Source of the DNA: a virus
Virus record (IMG/VR): IMGVR_UViG_3300029448_000013
Coordinates: 1-64,000 of that record
Strand: one strand, 5' to 3'
Length of the DNA: 64,000 nucleotides
Part shown: positions 31,075-40,176 of the stretch, one piece after another
How the letters are laid out: every line of letters starts with the position of its first letter
How positions within the stretch are numbered: position 1 is the stretch's first letter
Made by a program: the position numbers and the translations under genes
The notes under the pieces: generated by a model
What the model was told of the DNA's origin: nothing
Database searches by the model: none
Seen by the model: the letters and a program-made list of their open reading frames with translations, nothing else

Positions 31075-31503
31075 TCACTCTTGGAATCCTGTCAAGAAAG
31101 TAGGACTAACTGTTTGCACTTCTTGTTGCTTTTGTAATGTAGGAAGGTTTGGGTCTCCATACACTGTTTGTCCAACACCGAATTGTTGTTGGAAACCTCT
31201 AAATGATTCCCTGACTCTCTTTCGGTTTTCTTCATCTCTTGCCTTTCTGTTCCAGTATGAGTTGATTTGTCTTTGAAGTAGGAAGTCTTCAATGTAGTCG
31301 TTAACAAACAAATCAAACAGTGCTTTTAGAATGACTATGCCACCTACGGTTAATACCCCGAATATCATAGCAACTGGATAAGAACCGTATGCGTTGACAA
31401 AAGTTGTGCCATATTGTGAGAAGAAGTAAACATTTACTCCGCTAACTGCTCCAACAAATAGAACAGTCATTATTAGTCTAGTATCTGTATCTATGCTTGG
31501 CAT
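31075..31503 (-). CDS. Two-TM membrane protein with charged cytoplasmic tail
   Basis: Two hydrophobic helices followed by a charged/Q-rich tail; GAGGTGA SD before ATG 31503. Confidence 0.75.
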   Translation of the reverse strand: MPSIDTDTRLIMTVLFVGAVSGVNVYFFSQYGTTFVNAYGSYPVAMIFGVLTVGGIVILKALFDLFVNDYIEDFLLQRQINSYWNRKARDEENRKRVRESFRGFQQQFGVGQTVYGDPNLPTLQKQQEVQTVSPTFLTGFQE

Positions 31504-31513
31504 AGTAATCACC

Positions 31514-31810
31514 TCAAGCAAAGTTAACAGACACAGTTCCAGTGCCAGTAATCTGAACGAATATTCCGTTGGCTACTAGAACACCATGTAGGTCTTGCTC
31601 AATGGTTTGAGCAGTTCCTCCTGCATGTAATACTAGTCGAGCAACCTCCTTCTTGCTCGTTGTTGTGGAGTTGTCACTGTCCCATATCTTGACAGTCATT
31701 ACAGCGTTTGCTGTTGATGTAGCGTGAACACTCATTATCTTAGCATGATGTTTTACTGCTACTGTGCTTGTAGAAAGAACTCCGGTACTGTTGCAGGTAG
31801 GTGATGCCAT
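31514..31810 (-). CDS. Small beta-rich virion protein (possible decoration)
   Basis: Beta-rich, ending GIFVQITGTGTVSVNFA; downstream of the capsid genes. Confidence 0.55.
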   Translation of the reverse strand: MASPTCNSTGVLSTSTVAVKHHAKIMSVHATSTANAVMTVKIWDSDNSTTTSKKEVARLVLHAGGTAQTIEQDLHGVLVANGIFVQITGTGTVSVNFA

Positions 31811-32295
31811 CACTCTGCCTCCGACAATCTCTCTACTAGGTCTGCTTTCTTTCCTTCTGTGGAAAGACCCCTTTCTGTCAAAACAACCTTTAGTTCCTTA
31901 ACGGTTAGTTCTGACCAATCCATATCCAATGGTGCTTCACCATCTTCTACGGCTTCTTCTACCACTGGCTCTTCGACTACGGGAGTCTCTTTGATGAGTT
32001 TAGGAATGAATGACTTCTTTGCTGAAGGGAACATAACTGCTCTTACTGCTTTAGCATCTCCTTCGACATTGAACTCTTTCTTCAATAAGTTAAGTAGATA
32101 GTCATTCAATTGTAGTATCTCTGAAGAATCTGAAGCATCGAACTCTATTGTTATTCCTGAGTCTCCTAGCATTCCTATTGCTATTCCTAACGGAACTTTC
32201 GTTTCTTCTTGCGCTGTTAATGCATATGTCTGACCGCCTCTTCTCAAAAGAAGTGGCCCTGACACTCTATGTCTTGCTAACTTTACCTTTGCCAT
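31810..32295 (-). CDS. Protein with C-terminal SAP/HeH DNA-binding domain
   Basis: WSELTVKELKVVLTERGLSTEGKKADLVERL is a canonical SAP motif. Confidence 0.85.
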   Translation of the reverse strand: MAKVKLARHRVSGPLLLRRGGQTYALTAQEETKVPLGIAIGMLGDSGITIEFDASDSSEILQLNDYLLNLLKKEFNVEGDAKAVRAVMFPSAKKSFIPKLIKETPVVEEPVVEEAVEDGEAPLDMDWSELTVKELKVVLTERGLSTEGKKADLVERLSEAE

Positions 32296-32325
32296 ATTAT
32301 CACCTTATTTTTGTTGTTGGTAGTA

Positions 32326-32350
32326 ACCCCTGCCCTGTTACGGGCAGAGG
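32326..32350 (-). terminator. GC hairpin after the capsid/decoration genes
   Basis: CTGCCC-GTAACA-GGGCAG stem-loop in the intergenic space. Confidence 0.45.
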
Positions 32351-32385
32351 CCACTACTTTACGTTATCACTTAATCATTGTGATT

Positions 32386-32739
32386 TCAGAGATTACCGTA
32401 TACACGGACTCTGACAGAACCGCCGTTAGCATCGTTAGACAACGTAGCGTTAGTTCCGTCTAATGCAGTGAACATGAGAGCAAAGGATGTTCCACTCTCA
32501 TAAGCACCTGCGGCACTAATCTCTACTAATGGCAATACTGCGTTGGCGTTATCACTGCCTGTGATTGATACACTATGAATGGATGATAGGCCAAGAGCCG
32601 AAGCAGGTATTACTGACCCTGCTGCGACTATTGACGTTACATCTATCAGAGCATCAACAACATACTCGTCACCTGCGACCTTTGGGGCAGTTACGCCCTT
32701 ATGGTCAGCAAGCAAAGTAACTGTGTATGCTAATGCCAT
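32386..32739 (-). CDS. Probable capsid decoration/minor capsid protein
   Basis: Immediately after MCP with GAGGTGA SD; small and beta-rich. Confidence 0.6.
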   Translation of the reverse strand: MALAYTVTLLADHKGVTAPKVAGDEYVVDALIDVTSIVAAGSVIPASALGLSSIHSVSITGSDNANAVLPLVEISAAGAYESGTSFALMFTALDGTNATLSNDANGGSVRVRVYGNL

Positions 32740-32750
32740 TCTTAATCACC

Positions 32751-34112
32751 TCACGCACTCTTGATGTTGGTTATCTTTCCTTGTCCCTTGAAGAACGAAC
32801 ATCCGGTCTCAGCCATAGTTCGGTACATTCCTTGGTTTCCAAGTTTGCCAACACCGAATGGGTTTCCACTAGTGATACCATCCTCGAAATACTGAGTAGG
32901 CTTCATTACAGACAACCACATGTGGTCTGTGTCTAGAATGAGTATGTCACTCAGTTCGTTGGTTGTGTTGCTACCAGTTGATGGCATGTCCTTGGTTGGA
33001 ATGATTGGTATGTCATAGTATGTTGCAACTCTGAATCCAACCTCTGCACCCTTAACTCCACGAACTCCGTTGTGGGTAGGTACGATTTCTTTCCTGTCCA
33101 TGAACCTCTCTTGGCTTTGTAGCAAGTCAGCAAGGTGCTGTACGGTATCGTATCCTGTTAGGATAACTTTCGGGTTTCCGCCGTTCTGCCTGATTCTCCT
33201 AATCATGTCGTTAAGCATGGTTAGTGTTAGAACTCTAGCATCGCTAGCACCATATCCTGCACCGAAGTCAACCTCTGCATCCAAGAAGGAAGCAGTTCCA
33301 GTTGCAGCGTTGCTGGATACAGAGACAGTTCGGCTAGTACCGAATAGTCTTACTACATCAGCAACAACAGCAGAGTTGTCTGCGTTGTTAGCACCAGTGT
33401 CCAATAGGTTTGCGTTGTACATAGCAGCGATTTCACCAGCAGATGAAACAATCTTTAGTAGAGAAGTATAGTTTCTCTCGATTGTTGTTGCAGTACCGTC
33501 ATCGTATCTCTCAAGAGGCATAACTAGCATCTTGCTCTGAGTCTCTGCGTGTAGTTTACCCATGTCCTCACGAACGATTGCACGAATGTCACCAACACCG
33601 TCATCAATTGCAGCAAGTTCCATTCCAAGTTCTGAGAACTCGAATAGATGTGCAACAGTCTTTGGACTAATGTATAGTTTCTCATACTGTGGTGCAATAG
33701 GTGGAATATCGTTTCCAGTTCCTAGAGTTGCGTTCTCACCAACACCACCGATTTTGTCTGCTCTTGGTGTGTCTGAACCTTCTGCGCCAGTTCCTATTCC
33801 GAATGCAGAACCTGAACCTCCTTCTGCTCTGCTCTTTAGAACTCTCCATCCACTAGATGTGTATGGTCTCTTTGCGAGCATAGCAAGAGGGTTAACCTCT
33901 TGGTTTAGCATTGACCATACTTTCTGTCCGTAAAGAACATTGTATAGGTCTCCTAACCCACTAGCAGCAGAAAACGGGTTGCTTGCTGCATCGTGGGGCG
34001 TTCCGAAACCACCAACGACACCAGCCGCTTTCAACAGGGCGTTACCTGATGCGCCAGCATAGCCGTATGTGGCTGCTTCTAAGTCTTTTACTGTGTTAAT
34101 ATATCCACTCAT
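32751..34112 (-). CDS. Major capsid protein (HK97 fold)
   Basis: Follows the protease; patterns GQKVWSMLNQE, PKTVAHLFEFSE, LTLTMLNDMI, GFRVATYYDIPIIP. Confidence 0.9.
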   Translation of the reverse strand: MSGYINTVKDLEAATYGYAGASGNALLKAAGVVGGFGTPHDAASNPFSAASGLGDLYNVLYGQKVWSMLNQEVNPLAMLAKRPYTSSGWRVLKSRAEGGSGSAFGIGTGAEGSDTPRADKIGGVGENATLGTGNDIPPIAPQYEKLYISPKTVAHLFEFSELGMELAAIDDGVGDIRAIVREDMGKLHAETQSKMLVMPLERYDDGTATTIERNYTSLLKIVSSAGEIAAMYNANLLDTGANNADNSAVVADVVRLFGTSRTVSVSSNAATGTASFLDAEVDFGAGYGASDARVLTLTMLNDMIRRIRQNGGNPKVILTGYDTVQHLADLLQSQERFMDRKEIVPTHNGVRGVKGAEVGFRVATYYDIPIIPTKDMPSTGSNTTNELSDILILDTDHMWLSVMKPTQYFEDGITSGNPFGVGKLGNQGMYRTMAETGCSFFKGQGKITNIKSA

Positions 34113-34113
34113 T

Positions 34114-35343
34114 TTAGTTCACCTTCCTTGCGAGGTTGTGTATGTCTCCCCATGACATCTCAGCCATTGCGTCAGCAGTGGTTGGGAATCCTTCAGGTAG
34201 AGAGAAAGCGACTTCTGTTGCTTTCCTTATCTCATCATCCTTTGCGGTAAGAGATTTGCGTAGTTCTGCAAACTCTTCTTTCAAAGCCGCTACTTCTGTT
34301 GAAGCATCGTACTCTGCTCTCTCTGCTGCTGATTTCTTAACATCGAGTTCAGCAGCGAATCTGTCAGCAAATGTCTTCGATAGGTTATCGTAAGCCATTG
34401 CTTCTAGTTGCTCTGCTTTGTAAGCCTCGTAAGCCTTCTCCACATTCTCAGCACTTAAGTCAAGAGTAGTAAAGTCCGTACCTTCTAGACCCTTAGAGAC
34501 AGATAGCGCAGCAGGAGCAGCCTTTGGCTTTCCGCCACTTACTACTTCTTCTCCGGCCTCGTAATCTCTTGTCGAGTCCTCATCGAGAGCCTTATCCATG
34601 CTCTCAAGTTCGTCTTCCTTCATAGACATTTTATCTTCCATGTCCATGCTCTCCACTTCTTCTTCTTTCATCGTTTCTTCTTCATCTTTCATTTCCATTG
34701 TCTCCAATTCACTTTCTTTTGTTATAGAGTCACCAGTGACTTCTCTGACTTGCGTTAGCAATCCATTGAGTTCTTCCAGTGCTTTCTCCAATTTTTCCGT
34801 CATATTTCTACCTCCTTTCTCATGTTTTAGTATGTCGAATTTTGCTTCGGGGTTAATCCCCTTCTCACAGATAGTAACTTCATGCAACTCTAGGTTGTCA
34901 ATCTCGTTGTATTCTCCGTATTCCTCTGATTTTCTTTCTCTTTTAGAAATGGCTTGTCCACCTATGCTAAATGACCGAAGAGTTCCTTTTCTGATACTCC
35001 TGTTGATTTCTTTTGCTTTTTCTATGTCATCTCTCATTTTGATGACTACATAGAAGCCAACACCATCTACTCCTGTTTTGTGTAATACACCATTAGTATC
35101 TCGATACTGTTCAATAACTTCTCCAACTTGAACATTAGAATGATTGGACATAACGTTCCTGTAAGATTTTTCAGTCATGAAATCTTTAACAGCCTTTTCT
35201 AATGCTTCTAACGTGATTAAATCATTTTGTTTGTCAACTATTTCTATTGATGCATAACCACCAATCACTAGATTATCAGACTTAAGTATTTGAAAACTAG
35301 CAGGGCTATCCTGCCTAATTAATACTTCCTGCTGTGCAAACAC
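34114..35343 (-). CDS. Prohead protease fused to scaffold
   Basis: GYASIEIVDKQND, H..VG, SFSIGG, LHEVTIC..GINP (HK97-type protease) followed by an acidic coiled-coil scaffold. Confidence 0.9.
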   Translation of the reverse strand: MFAQQEVLIRQDSPASFQILKSDNLVIGGYASIEIVDKQNDLITLEALEKAVKDFMTEKSYRNVMSNHSNVQVGEVIEQYRDTNGVLHKTGVDGVGFYVVIKMRDDIEKAKEINRSIRKGTLRSFSIGGQAISKRERKSEEYGEYNEIDNLELHEVTICEKGINPEAKFDILKHEKGGRNMTEKLEKALEELNGLLTQVREVTGDSITKESELETMEMKDEEETMKEEEVESMDMEDKMSMKEDELESMDKALDEDSTRDYEAGEEVVSGGKPKAAPAALSVSKGLEGTDFTTLDLSAENVEKAYEAYKAEQLEAMAYDNLSKTFADRFAAELDVKKSAAERAEYDASTEVAALKEEFAELRKSLTAKDDEIRKATEVAFSLPEGFPTTADAMAEMSWGDIHNLARKVN

Positions 35344-35361
35344 AACACAGCACCTTAAACT

Positions 35362-35380
35362 CTTACTATATTAAATAGGC
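35362..35380 (-). promoter_or_regulatory. Putative TATA promoter of the capsid operon
   Basis: TATTTAATATAG about 25-35 bp upstream of the protease start codon. Confidence 0.5.
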
Positions 35381-35382
35381 GT

Positions 35383-37947
35383 TTATTCAGGTAATTGTAA
35401 ATTACTATACTTGTCCTTGGTGATGTCGATAATTCCTTCATCGGATGAGTCTTCTAACATCTCTTGTTTCTTTCCTGTAAATACTATCCAAGACTTCTTT
35501 TCATCTAGTGGAACAACTCGGAAATGTATTCTAGATTGAAACTTGTCTCCTTCCATTCTATATTCATGGTATCCATCTCTTTGAACACCAAAGATTAACT
35601 CACCACTATCTAGTATTTTACTGCTGTCTATCTTCTCTGAAACCATTGCAGGGAATTTTCCTGACTTACCAAACAAATCGAATATGTCTTCAGGTTTATC
35701 TATATCAATCAACCAAGCCATTCTTTTGTCATCTGTCTCGATTATAAAATCGATGTTTCCATCTTCTCGTTGCCTAACCTCAAACTCTCCTGCTAGTTCT
35801 TCTTCTTCGTCTTTTTCTATATTCTCAGGAGACACATCGAATCTGTTTGGAGAAAGGAAAACAAAAGCGTCTTGATTTTTCAACCAAGCAAGTAGTTCTT
35901 TTGGTTTACCTTCAAAGATTTCATCATATGCGTCTTCCTCTGTAATCCTGAGTTTTTCTTCTAGTTCGTCAAACTCTATTGCTTTTTGATTGTCTTCTAT
36001 GATTTTTCTAATCGCAACCCTTAGTTTTGACTTTCTAGATTTCATCAGTTTCTCTAGTTGACCTTTCCAGTCATCCATATTGTAAAGAGCATTCTTCTGC
36101 ATCAGTGAATCACCATCGAACCCATAGACAGTGAAACCTTCTAAGTCATGTTTGCAGATTATCTCTGCTTCACCGTGAACGTAATCTGTAACAATATACT
36201 TCCTTATCTTCTTCTTGTTCTTTCTCTCTCTTTGAAGTTCTGCTATCACAGTAAGAGGATTAGCCAAATCTGATGGTTTCATGAACGGATGTCTAGGCAC
36301 TAGTGCTTTCTTAGTCTTAGATGCCAGTTGTTCTAGGGTCTCTAGTTTATCTGATTCATCTACTTCAGGCAACTCTATCACTTTAGCAGAATAGAGGCTG
36401 AAGCCCTTTCCTTTCTTAGTAACCTCATCAACCTTAACACGAATGATTGTGCCTATGTCAACCTCAACTTTAGTATTCAATGCCTTACCAACAGGAAGAT
36501 AGTTCTTATCATCAAGTTCTATTGTCTTCATCTCTCTTGTTTGTTCCGCAGTTAATGGGCCAATTCCCATAGTGTAGGAATGTAGGCCGCTTTTTGTTTT
36601 CTTATCCTCTAAAACTATTACATCCAAATCAACGAACTTCTTCCATTTAATCCACTTCGGGTTTTTCTTTCTACCCATGTAGTATGTTGATTCTATGTCT
36701 TTAATGACAACACCTTCTGATGTAGGCATGTCCATGATTTTCTCTGCGTATTCTCCGACTTCTTTCATAGAGTCAGCGATTCTTGTATCTTTCTTAGAAG
36801 GAAATGCCAACTCATCCGATGAGTGTTGTGAGTATTGGTAGAACATAATGTTGATTCTTTCTCTCAAAGGTTCATCCATCATATCCTTGCCTTCGTGTTT
36901 CATCACATCAAACACATGCGCTCTGAGTTTTGTATCGGGTATCTTCTTCTTGAAGATGTGAGTAATCACATTCGCTCTATGTAGCGCATCATCTCCTTGG
37001 AAGAGAAGAAGTTCCCCGTCTAATATACAGTCACCAATTCCCTTCTTTTCCATTTTCTCTACAATCTCAGGACACTTATCTGTTATGTCCTTTTGATTAT
37101 ATGAGTATATTTTGATATTGTCTCCTACTTTGTGAATCTGTATTCTCATCCCGTCATATTTTTCTTGAACAACGTATTCCCCACTTAGACCCTTGATGTC
37201 TTTCATGTCATCAAGTTCAAAGATACGATACATTGGTTTGTTAGGCACAATAAAGTCGATATCTTCTTTCTCTTCTTCTGACTTTGCAATATCTATATCT
37301 TTCAAAGATTCCCACTTGTCTTCGGAATAACTTTCATTATACACTTCTTTCAGTAGAGAAAGTGCCTCCTTGAATTTTCCTTTGACTCTCTTTGAATCTT
37401 TGTCATCTCCGTAATGTTCTATGATGTAAAGTGGAATGTCTTTCTCCTCTAAATCTAATCCCATAAATCCTTGAGTTATTTCATCAGGTTTCAATTCGTT
37501 CTCCTCCCATGCTTTCTTGGGTATTGGATTTGAGTGGCTTCTCAATGCATAGTGAACGAAGGCTGCAAAGGTTGCTTTATCTTCCAACAATACCTCTAAC
37601 ACCTTGTCGCCTAATTGTTTTGAGAATGGGTCTGATGCACCCTTTGATTCAAATCTCATCCTCTTTACATCTTCATAGATTCTCCTAGCAAGGAGACTTT
37701 CAGCATCATATACCTTATTGTCAAAGAGTTCTTTTTCTTTGATATGTTCTTTCAGTTCAGAAGCAAACTCTCCTAGTCCGTCATACTCTTCACGTATGGA
37801 CTTGACAGTTGACTTCCACTTCTTACCGTATTCCTTCGGATTTTCCTTTGCAGATAGATATGCATAACGTACTCTCTCAAAGAAATCTAAAACTCTTTTT
37901 GATAGAGCCTTAGTTTCCTTTTCAAAGGACACGCCTGATGTTGTCAT
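35383..37947 (-). CDS. lig: ATP-dependent DNA ligase with extra N- and C-terminal domains
   Basis: Motifs QEKYDGMR, DGEL, FDVM, EGVVIK, WIKWK; the C-terminal ~140 aa resembles the LigD phosphoesterase fold. Confidence 0.9.
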   Translation of the reverse strand: MTTSGVSFEKETKALSKRVLDFFERVRYAYLSAKENPKEYGKKWKSTVKSIREEYDGLGEFASELKEHIKEKELFDNKVYDAESLLARRIYEDVKRMRFESKGASDPFSKQLGDKVLEVLLEDKATFAAFVHYALRSHSNPIPKKAWEENELKPDEITQGFMGLDLEEKDIPLYIIEHYGDDKDSKRVKGKFKEALSLLKEVYNESYSEDKWESLKDIDIAKSEEEKEDIDFIVPNKPMYRIFELDDMKDIKGLSGEYVVQEKYDGMRIQIHKVGDNIKIYSYNQKDITDKCPEIVEKMEKKGIGDCILDGELLLFQGDDALHRANVITHIFKKKIPDTKLRAHVFDVMKHEGKDMMDEPLRERINIMFYQYSQHSSDELAFPSKKDTRIADSMKEVGEYAEKIMDMPTSEGVVIKDIESTYYMGRKKNPKWIKWKKFVDLDVIVLEDKKTKSGLHSYTMGIGPLTAEQTREMKTIELDDKNYLPVGKALNTKVEVDIGTIIRVKVDEVTKKGKGFSLYSAKVIELPEVDESDKLETLEQLASKTKKALVPRHPFMKPSDLANPLTVIAELQRERKNKKKIRKYIVTDYVHGEAEIICKHDLEGFTVYGFDGDSLMQKNALYNMDDWKGQLEKLMKSRKSKLRVAIRKIIEDNQKAIEFDELEEKLRITEEDAYDEIFEGKPKELLAWLKNQDAFVFLSPNRFDVSPENIEKDEEEELAGEFEVRQREDGNIDFIIETDDKRMAWLIDIDKPEDIFDLFGKSGKFPAMVSEKIDSSKILDSGELIFGVQRDGYHEYRMEGDKFQSRIHFRVVPLDEKKSWIVFTGKKQEMLEDSSDEGIIDITKDKYSNLQLPE

Positions 37948-37953
37948 CCACCA

Positions 37954-38475
37954 TCAAAACCTTCGTGACATAGGAGTTCTTTCTAAATCTCTAGTGGGTA
38001 GTCCAGTTGGGGTTAACGCTTTGATTTTGTCAAGTTCTTTTTCCATGTTTCTAGTGATTTTCGTATACTCATTTCCACTTGTTCCTCTTGGAGAGTTTGC
38101 TAGTGCTTCTGTTAATTCCTTGAGTCTATTCAATGATGCATTCATCTCACCGCTCACCATATCTCTTGCTTCTTGCTCTGCCATAACTTTCAGCAAGTCA
38201 TCAACAGCAGCCAAGATGGATTTCTTCATAGTACCATCATTGACTTTATCCTCTTTGCCTTCGATGTTGCTCAGGTCTCTCATCTGAGCGATGAAAGGAC
38301 CAGTCAGATTGACTTCTGATGGTTTTTTCTTGGGCTTCTTGACTTTCATCTCTTCTCCCATGACATCCTCATCAAGTTTCAATCTTCCAAGATGCCCTGC
38401 ATCTTGTAGAATCTCTTTGGCTTTCAGTATTGCTAATTCAATTATTTTCTCTTCTTTCGTAACTCTTTCCGGCAT
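37954..38475 (-). CDS. Hypothetical head-region protein
   Basis: GGTGA SD; charged and helical. Confidence 0.7.
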   Translation of the reverse strand: MPERVTKEEKIIELAILKAKEILQDAGHLGRLKLDEDVMGEEMKVKKPKKKPSEVNLTGPFIAQMRDLSNIEGKEDKVNDGTMKKSILAAVDDLLKVMAEQEARDMVSGEMNASLNRLKELTEALANSPRGTSGNEYTKITRNMEKELDKIKALTPTGLPTRDLERTPMSRRF

Positions 38476-38480
38476 TTAAT

Positions 38481-38705
38481 TCACCCCATTTTCTCCGCCA
38501 TCTTGCGAATCTCATCCCAAGACATTTGACCACCATCAGGTACTTGCGTATTCGCAATTACTGGTGTTGGAGTTTCACGAACAACCAATCCTGATTTCAT
38601 CAGTATGTTGTCTTTGTTGTATACTGCTTGTTCCAAGGCATTTACCTTGTTCACAAGTTCTTTCATTAATAGTAACATTTCATTTTTTTCTTCTTTCTTG
38701 CTCAT
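38481..38705 (-). CDS. Small coiled-coil protein ending MSWDEIRKMAEKMG
   Basis: The C-terminus resembles the scaffold C-terminus MSWGDIHNLARKVN. Confidence 0.7.
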   Translation of the reverse strand: MSKKEEKNEMLLLMKELVNKVNALEQAVYNKDNILMKSGLVVRETPTPVIANTQVPDGGQMSWDEIRKMAEKMG

Positions 38706-38707
38706 CT

Positions 38708-39025
38708 TTAATACTTCCTTTCTTCCCCTTCTAGTCTGAAACTTAATTCACCATCTGAACCAGTAAATATTGCGCTGTATCCTTTATCGCCATACAACTC
38801 TCTCGCCACTTCTTGTGCCTTCTTCTCTGACATTTTCAAGTCAGTGAGTTTAATGCTTGCATATCTTTCTTTCTTTTTACCTGCTTCGCTTATTATTGGG
38901 TCTACTTTCTCTCTAAACAAATCAATATACTCAGGCATTGATAAATCGTCATTACTGTTATTACTAAACTCTGATTCTCTAGGATTCCTTATCGGTGGTG
39001 CTTTTAGTATATCATGCCATGTCAT
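38708..39025 (-). CDS. W-leader family protein (MTWHDILKA)
   Basis: ORF track; shared N-terminal motif. Confidence 0.75.
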   Translation of the reverse strand: MTWHDILKAPPIRNPRESEFSNNSNDDLSMPEYIDLFREKVDPIISEAGKKKERYASIKLTDLKMSEKKAQEVARELYGDKGYSAIFTGSDGELSFRLEGEERKY

Positions 39026-39205
39026 TTAATTTCCCCTCGCTTTCTTGTTTCTCTCACGTATCATAGCCAACAGTTCTGCTTCTTTATCCTCAGTCCTCTT
39101 GGCCGCTTCTTCGTCTTGTCCGGTAGAGGCTGTCGTTGTAACTCTTGCCATTGGGTCAGACTTCTCTGCACCACAATCTCCCTTTAGTGTTTCAAACCAA
39201 CTCAT
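39026..39205 (-). CDS. W-leader family protein, 59 aa (MSWFETLKG...)
   Basis: Read manually: ATG 39205 after GGTGA SD, stop TAA 39028-39026; below the ORF-track size cutoff. Confidence 0.75.
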   Translation of the reverse strand: MSWFETLKGDCGAEKSDPMARVTTTASTGQDEEAAKRTEDKEAELLAMIRERNKKARGN

Positions 39206-39211
39206 TCTAAA

Positions 39212-39481
39212 TCACCTTTTCATTCTACTATCTATATCATAGCCAAATACTTTAGATTCTCTACCATCATAAAACTCTTGAAACTCTTTTAAGAGTCTTG
39301 CAAGTTTTCTAATTTTAGATAGTTCAAACTCATCTTTTTCTCTTAGACCATCATTAGCCACTAATAACGTATCTTCAAACTCATCTAATCCAACATCTCT
39401 AATTATATCTGCCAAAGCATTTCCAATATCACTTTGATATGGTGCTACACCATCTTCTTTAATCACTTCTTTCCAACTCAT
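39212..39481 (-). CDS. W-leader family protein (MSWKEVIKE)
   Basis: ORF track; shared motif. Confidence 0.75.
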   Translation of the reverse strand: MSWKEVIKEDGVAPYQSDIGNALADIIRDVGLDEFEDTLLVANDGLREKDEFELSKIRKLARLLKEFQEFYDGRESKVFGYDIDSRMKR

Positions 39482-39482
39482 T

Positions 39483-39761
39483 CTAATCCATCCTTTTTAA
39501 TGCATATGCGAATGCAACATCTTTTAGTTCCTTTTCTGACAATTCATTGTCTTGTAGTCTTTCATAAAATTCCATCAATCTGTTAGCCTTAGCGGGGGTT
39601 AATCTTCCCCCTCTCTGTTCTAATTGTTCTCCAAAAACTTGTTCAACTCTTAACGTGTTATACTTCTTACCATGTATGGTAACTTTTTTGTTAGAGTGTT
39701 GGTCGAACATCTCTTCAACATCATTGGTTTTATCTTCTTTGATTACTTCTTTCCAACTCAT
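39483..39761 (-). CDS. W-leader family protein (MSWKEVIKE)
   Basis: ORF track; shared motif; GGTGA SD. Confidence 0.75.
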   Translation of the reverse strand: MSWKEVIKEDKTNDVEEMFDQHSNKKVTIHGKKYNTLRVEQVFGEQLEQRGGRLTPAKANRLMEFYERLQDNELSEKELKDVAFAYALKRMD

Positions 39762-39835
39762 TCTAAATCACCTATTATTGGTAAACTCATTCCTACTTGC
39801 CACACTATTATGTCAGATACTAATCTAAGTTTCAT
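39758..39835 (-). CDS. Putative 25-aa micro-ORF MKLRLVSDIIVWQVGMSLPIIGDLE
   Basis: Fills the gap exactly, with ATGA overlaps at both ends. Confidence 0.4.
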   Translation of the reverse strand: MKLRLVSDIIVWQVGMSLPIIGDLE

Positions 39836-40155
39836 TTTTTCTTCTCTCCTTTTGGATATGCTACACTTCTAATTTGACCATACAATGTTTCGTAGTCTTT
39901 ACGAAGTTCAGCAGCACTTGCGAGTATATCTAGATTTTTTTCACTAAATGATTTTACTTTTTTAGTAAGTAATTTATCGGACTTAACAACATCAAGTTCT
40001 TCTAGTTCTTTAATGAGGTCTTCTAACTTAGTCATCTCCTGACCCATGTATTCGTTTGGTTGAGTTGATTGTAGAAGTTTTTTAATTTTCTTCTTTTGTT
40101 TAGGCTCTAGTTTTTCTAGAAAATCTGATGCCTTCAGTATCTCCTGCCACGCCAT
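39832..40155 (-). CDS. W-leader family protein (MAWQEILKA)
   Basis: ORF track; GGAGAG SD. Confidence 0.75.
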   Translation of the reverse strand: MAWQEILKASDFLEKLEPKQKKKIKKLLQSTQPNEYMGQEMTKLEDLIKELEELDVVKSDKLLTKKVKSFSEKNLDILASAAELRKDYETLYGQIRSVAYPKGEKKK

Positions 40156-40176
40156 ATTGTTCTCTCCTATGTATGC

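Noticed and set aside
31840-31925. MDWSELTVK as a W-leader motif
   Set aside because: It is explained by the canonical SAP-domain start.
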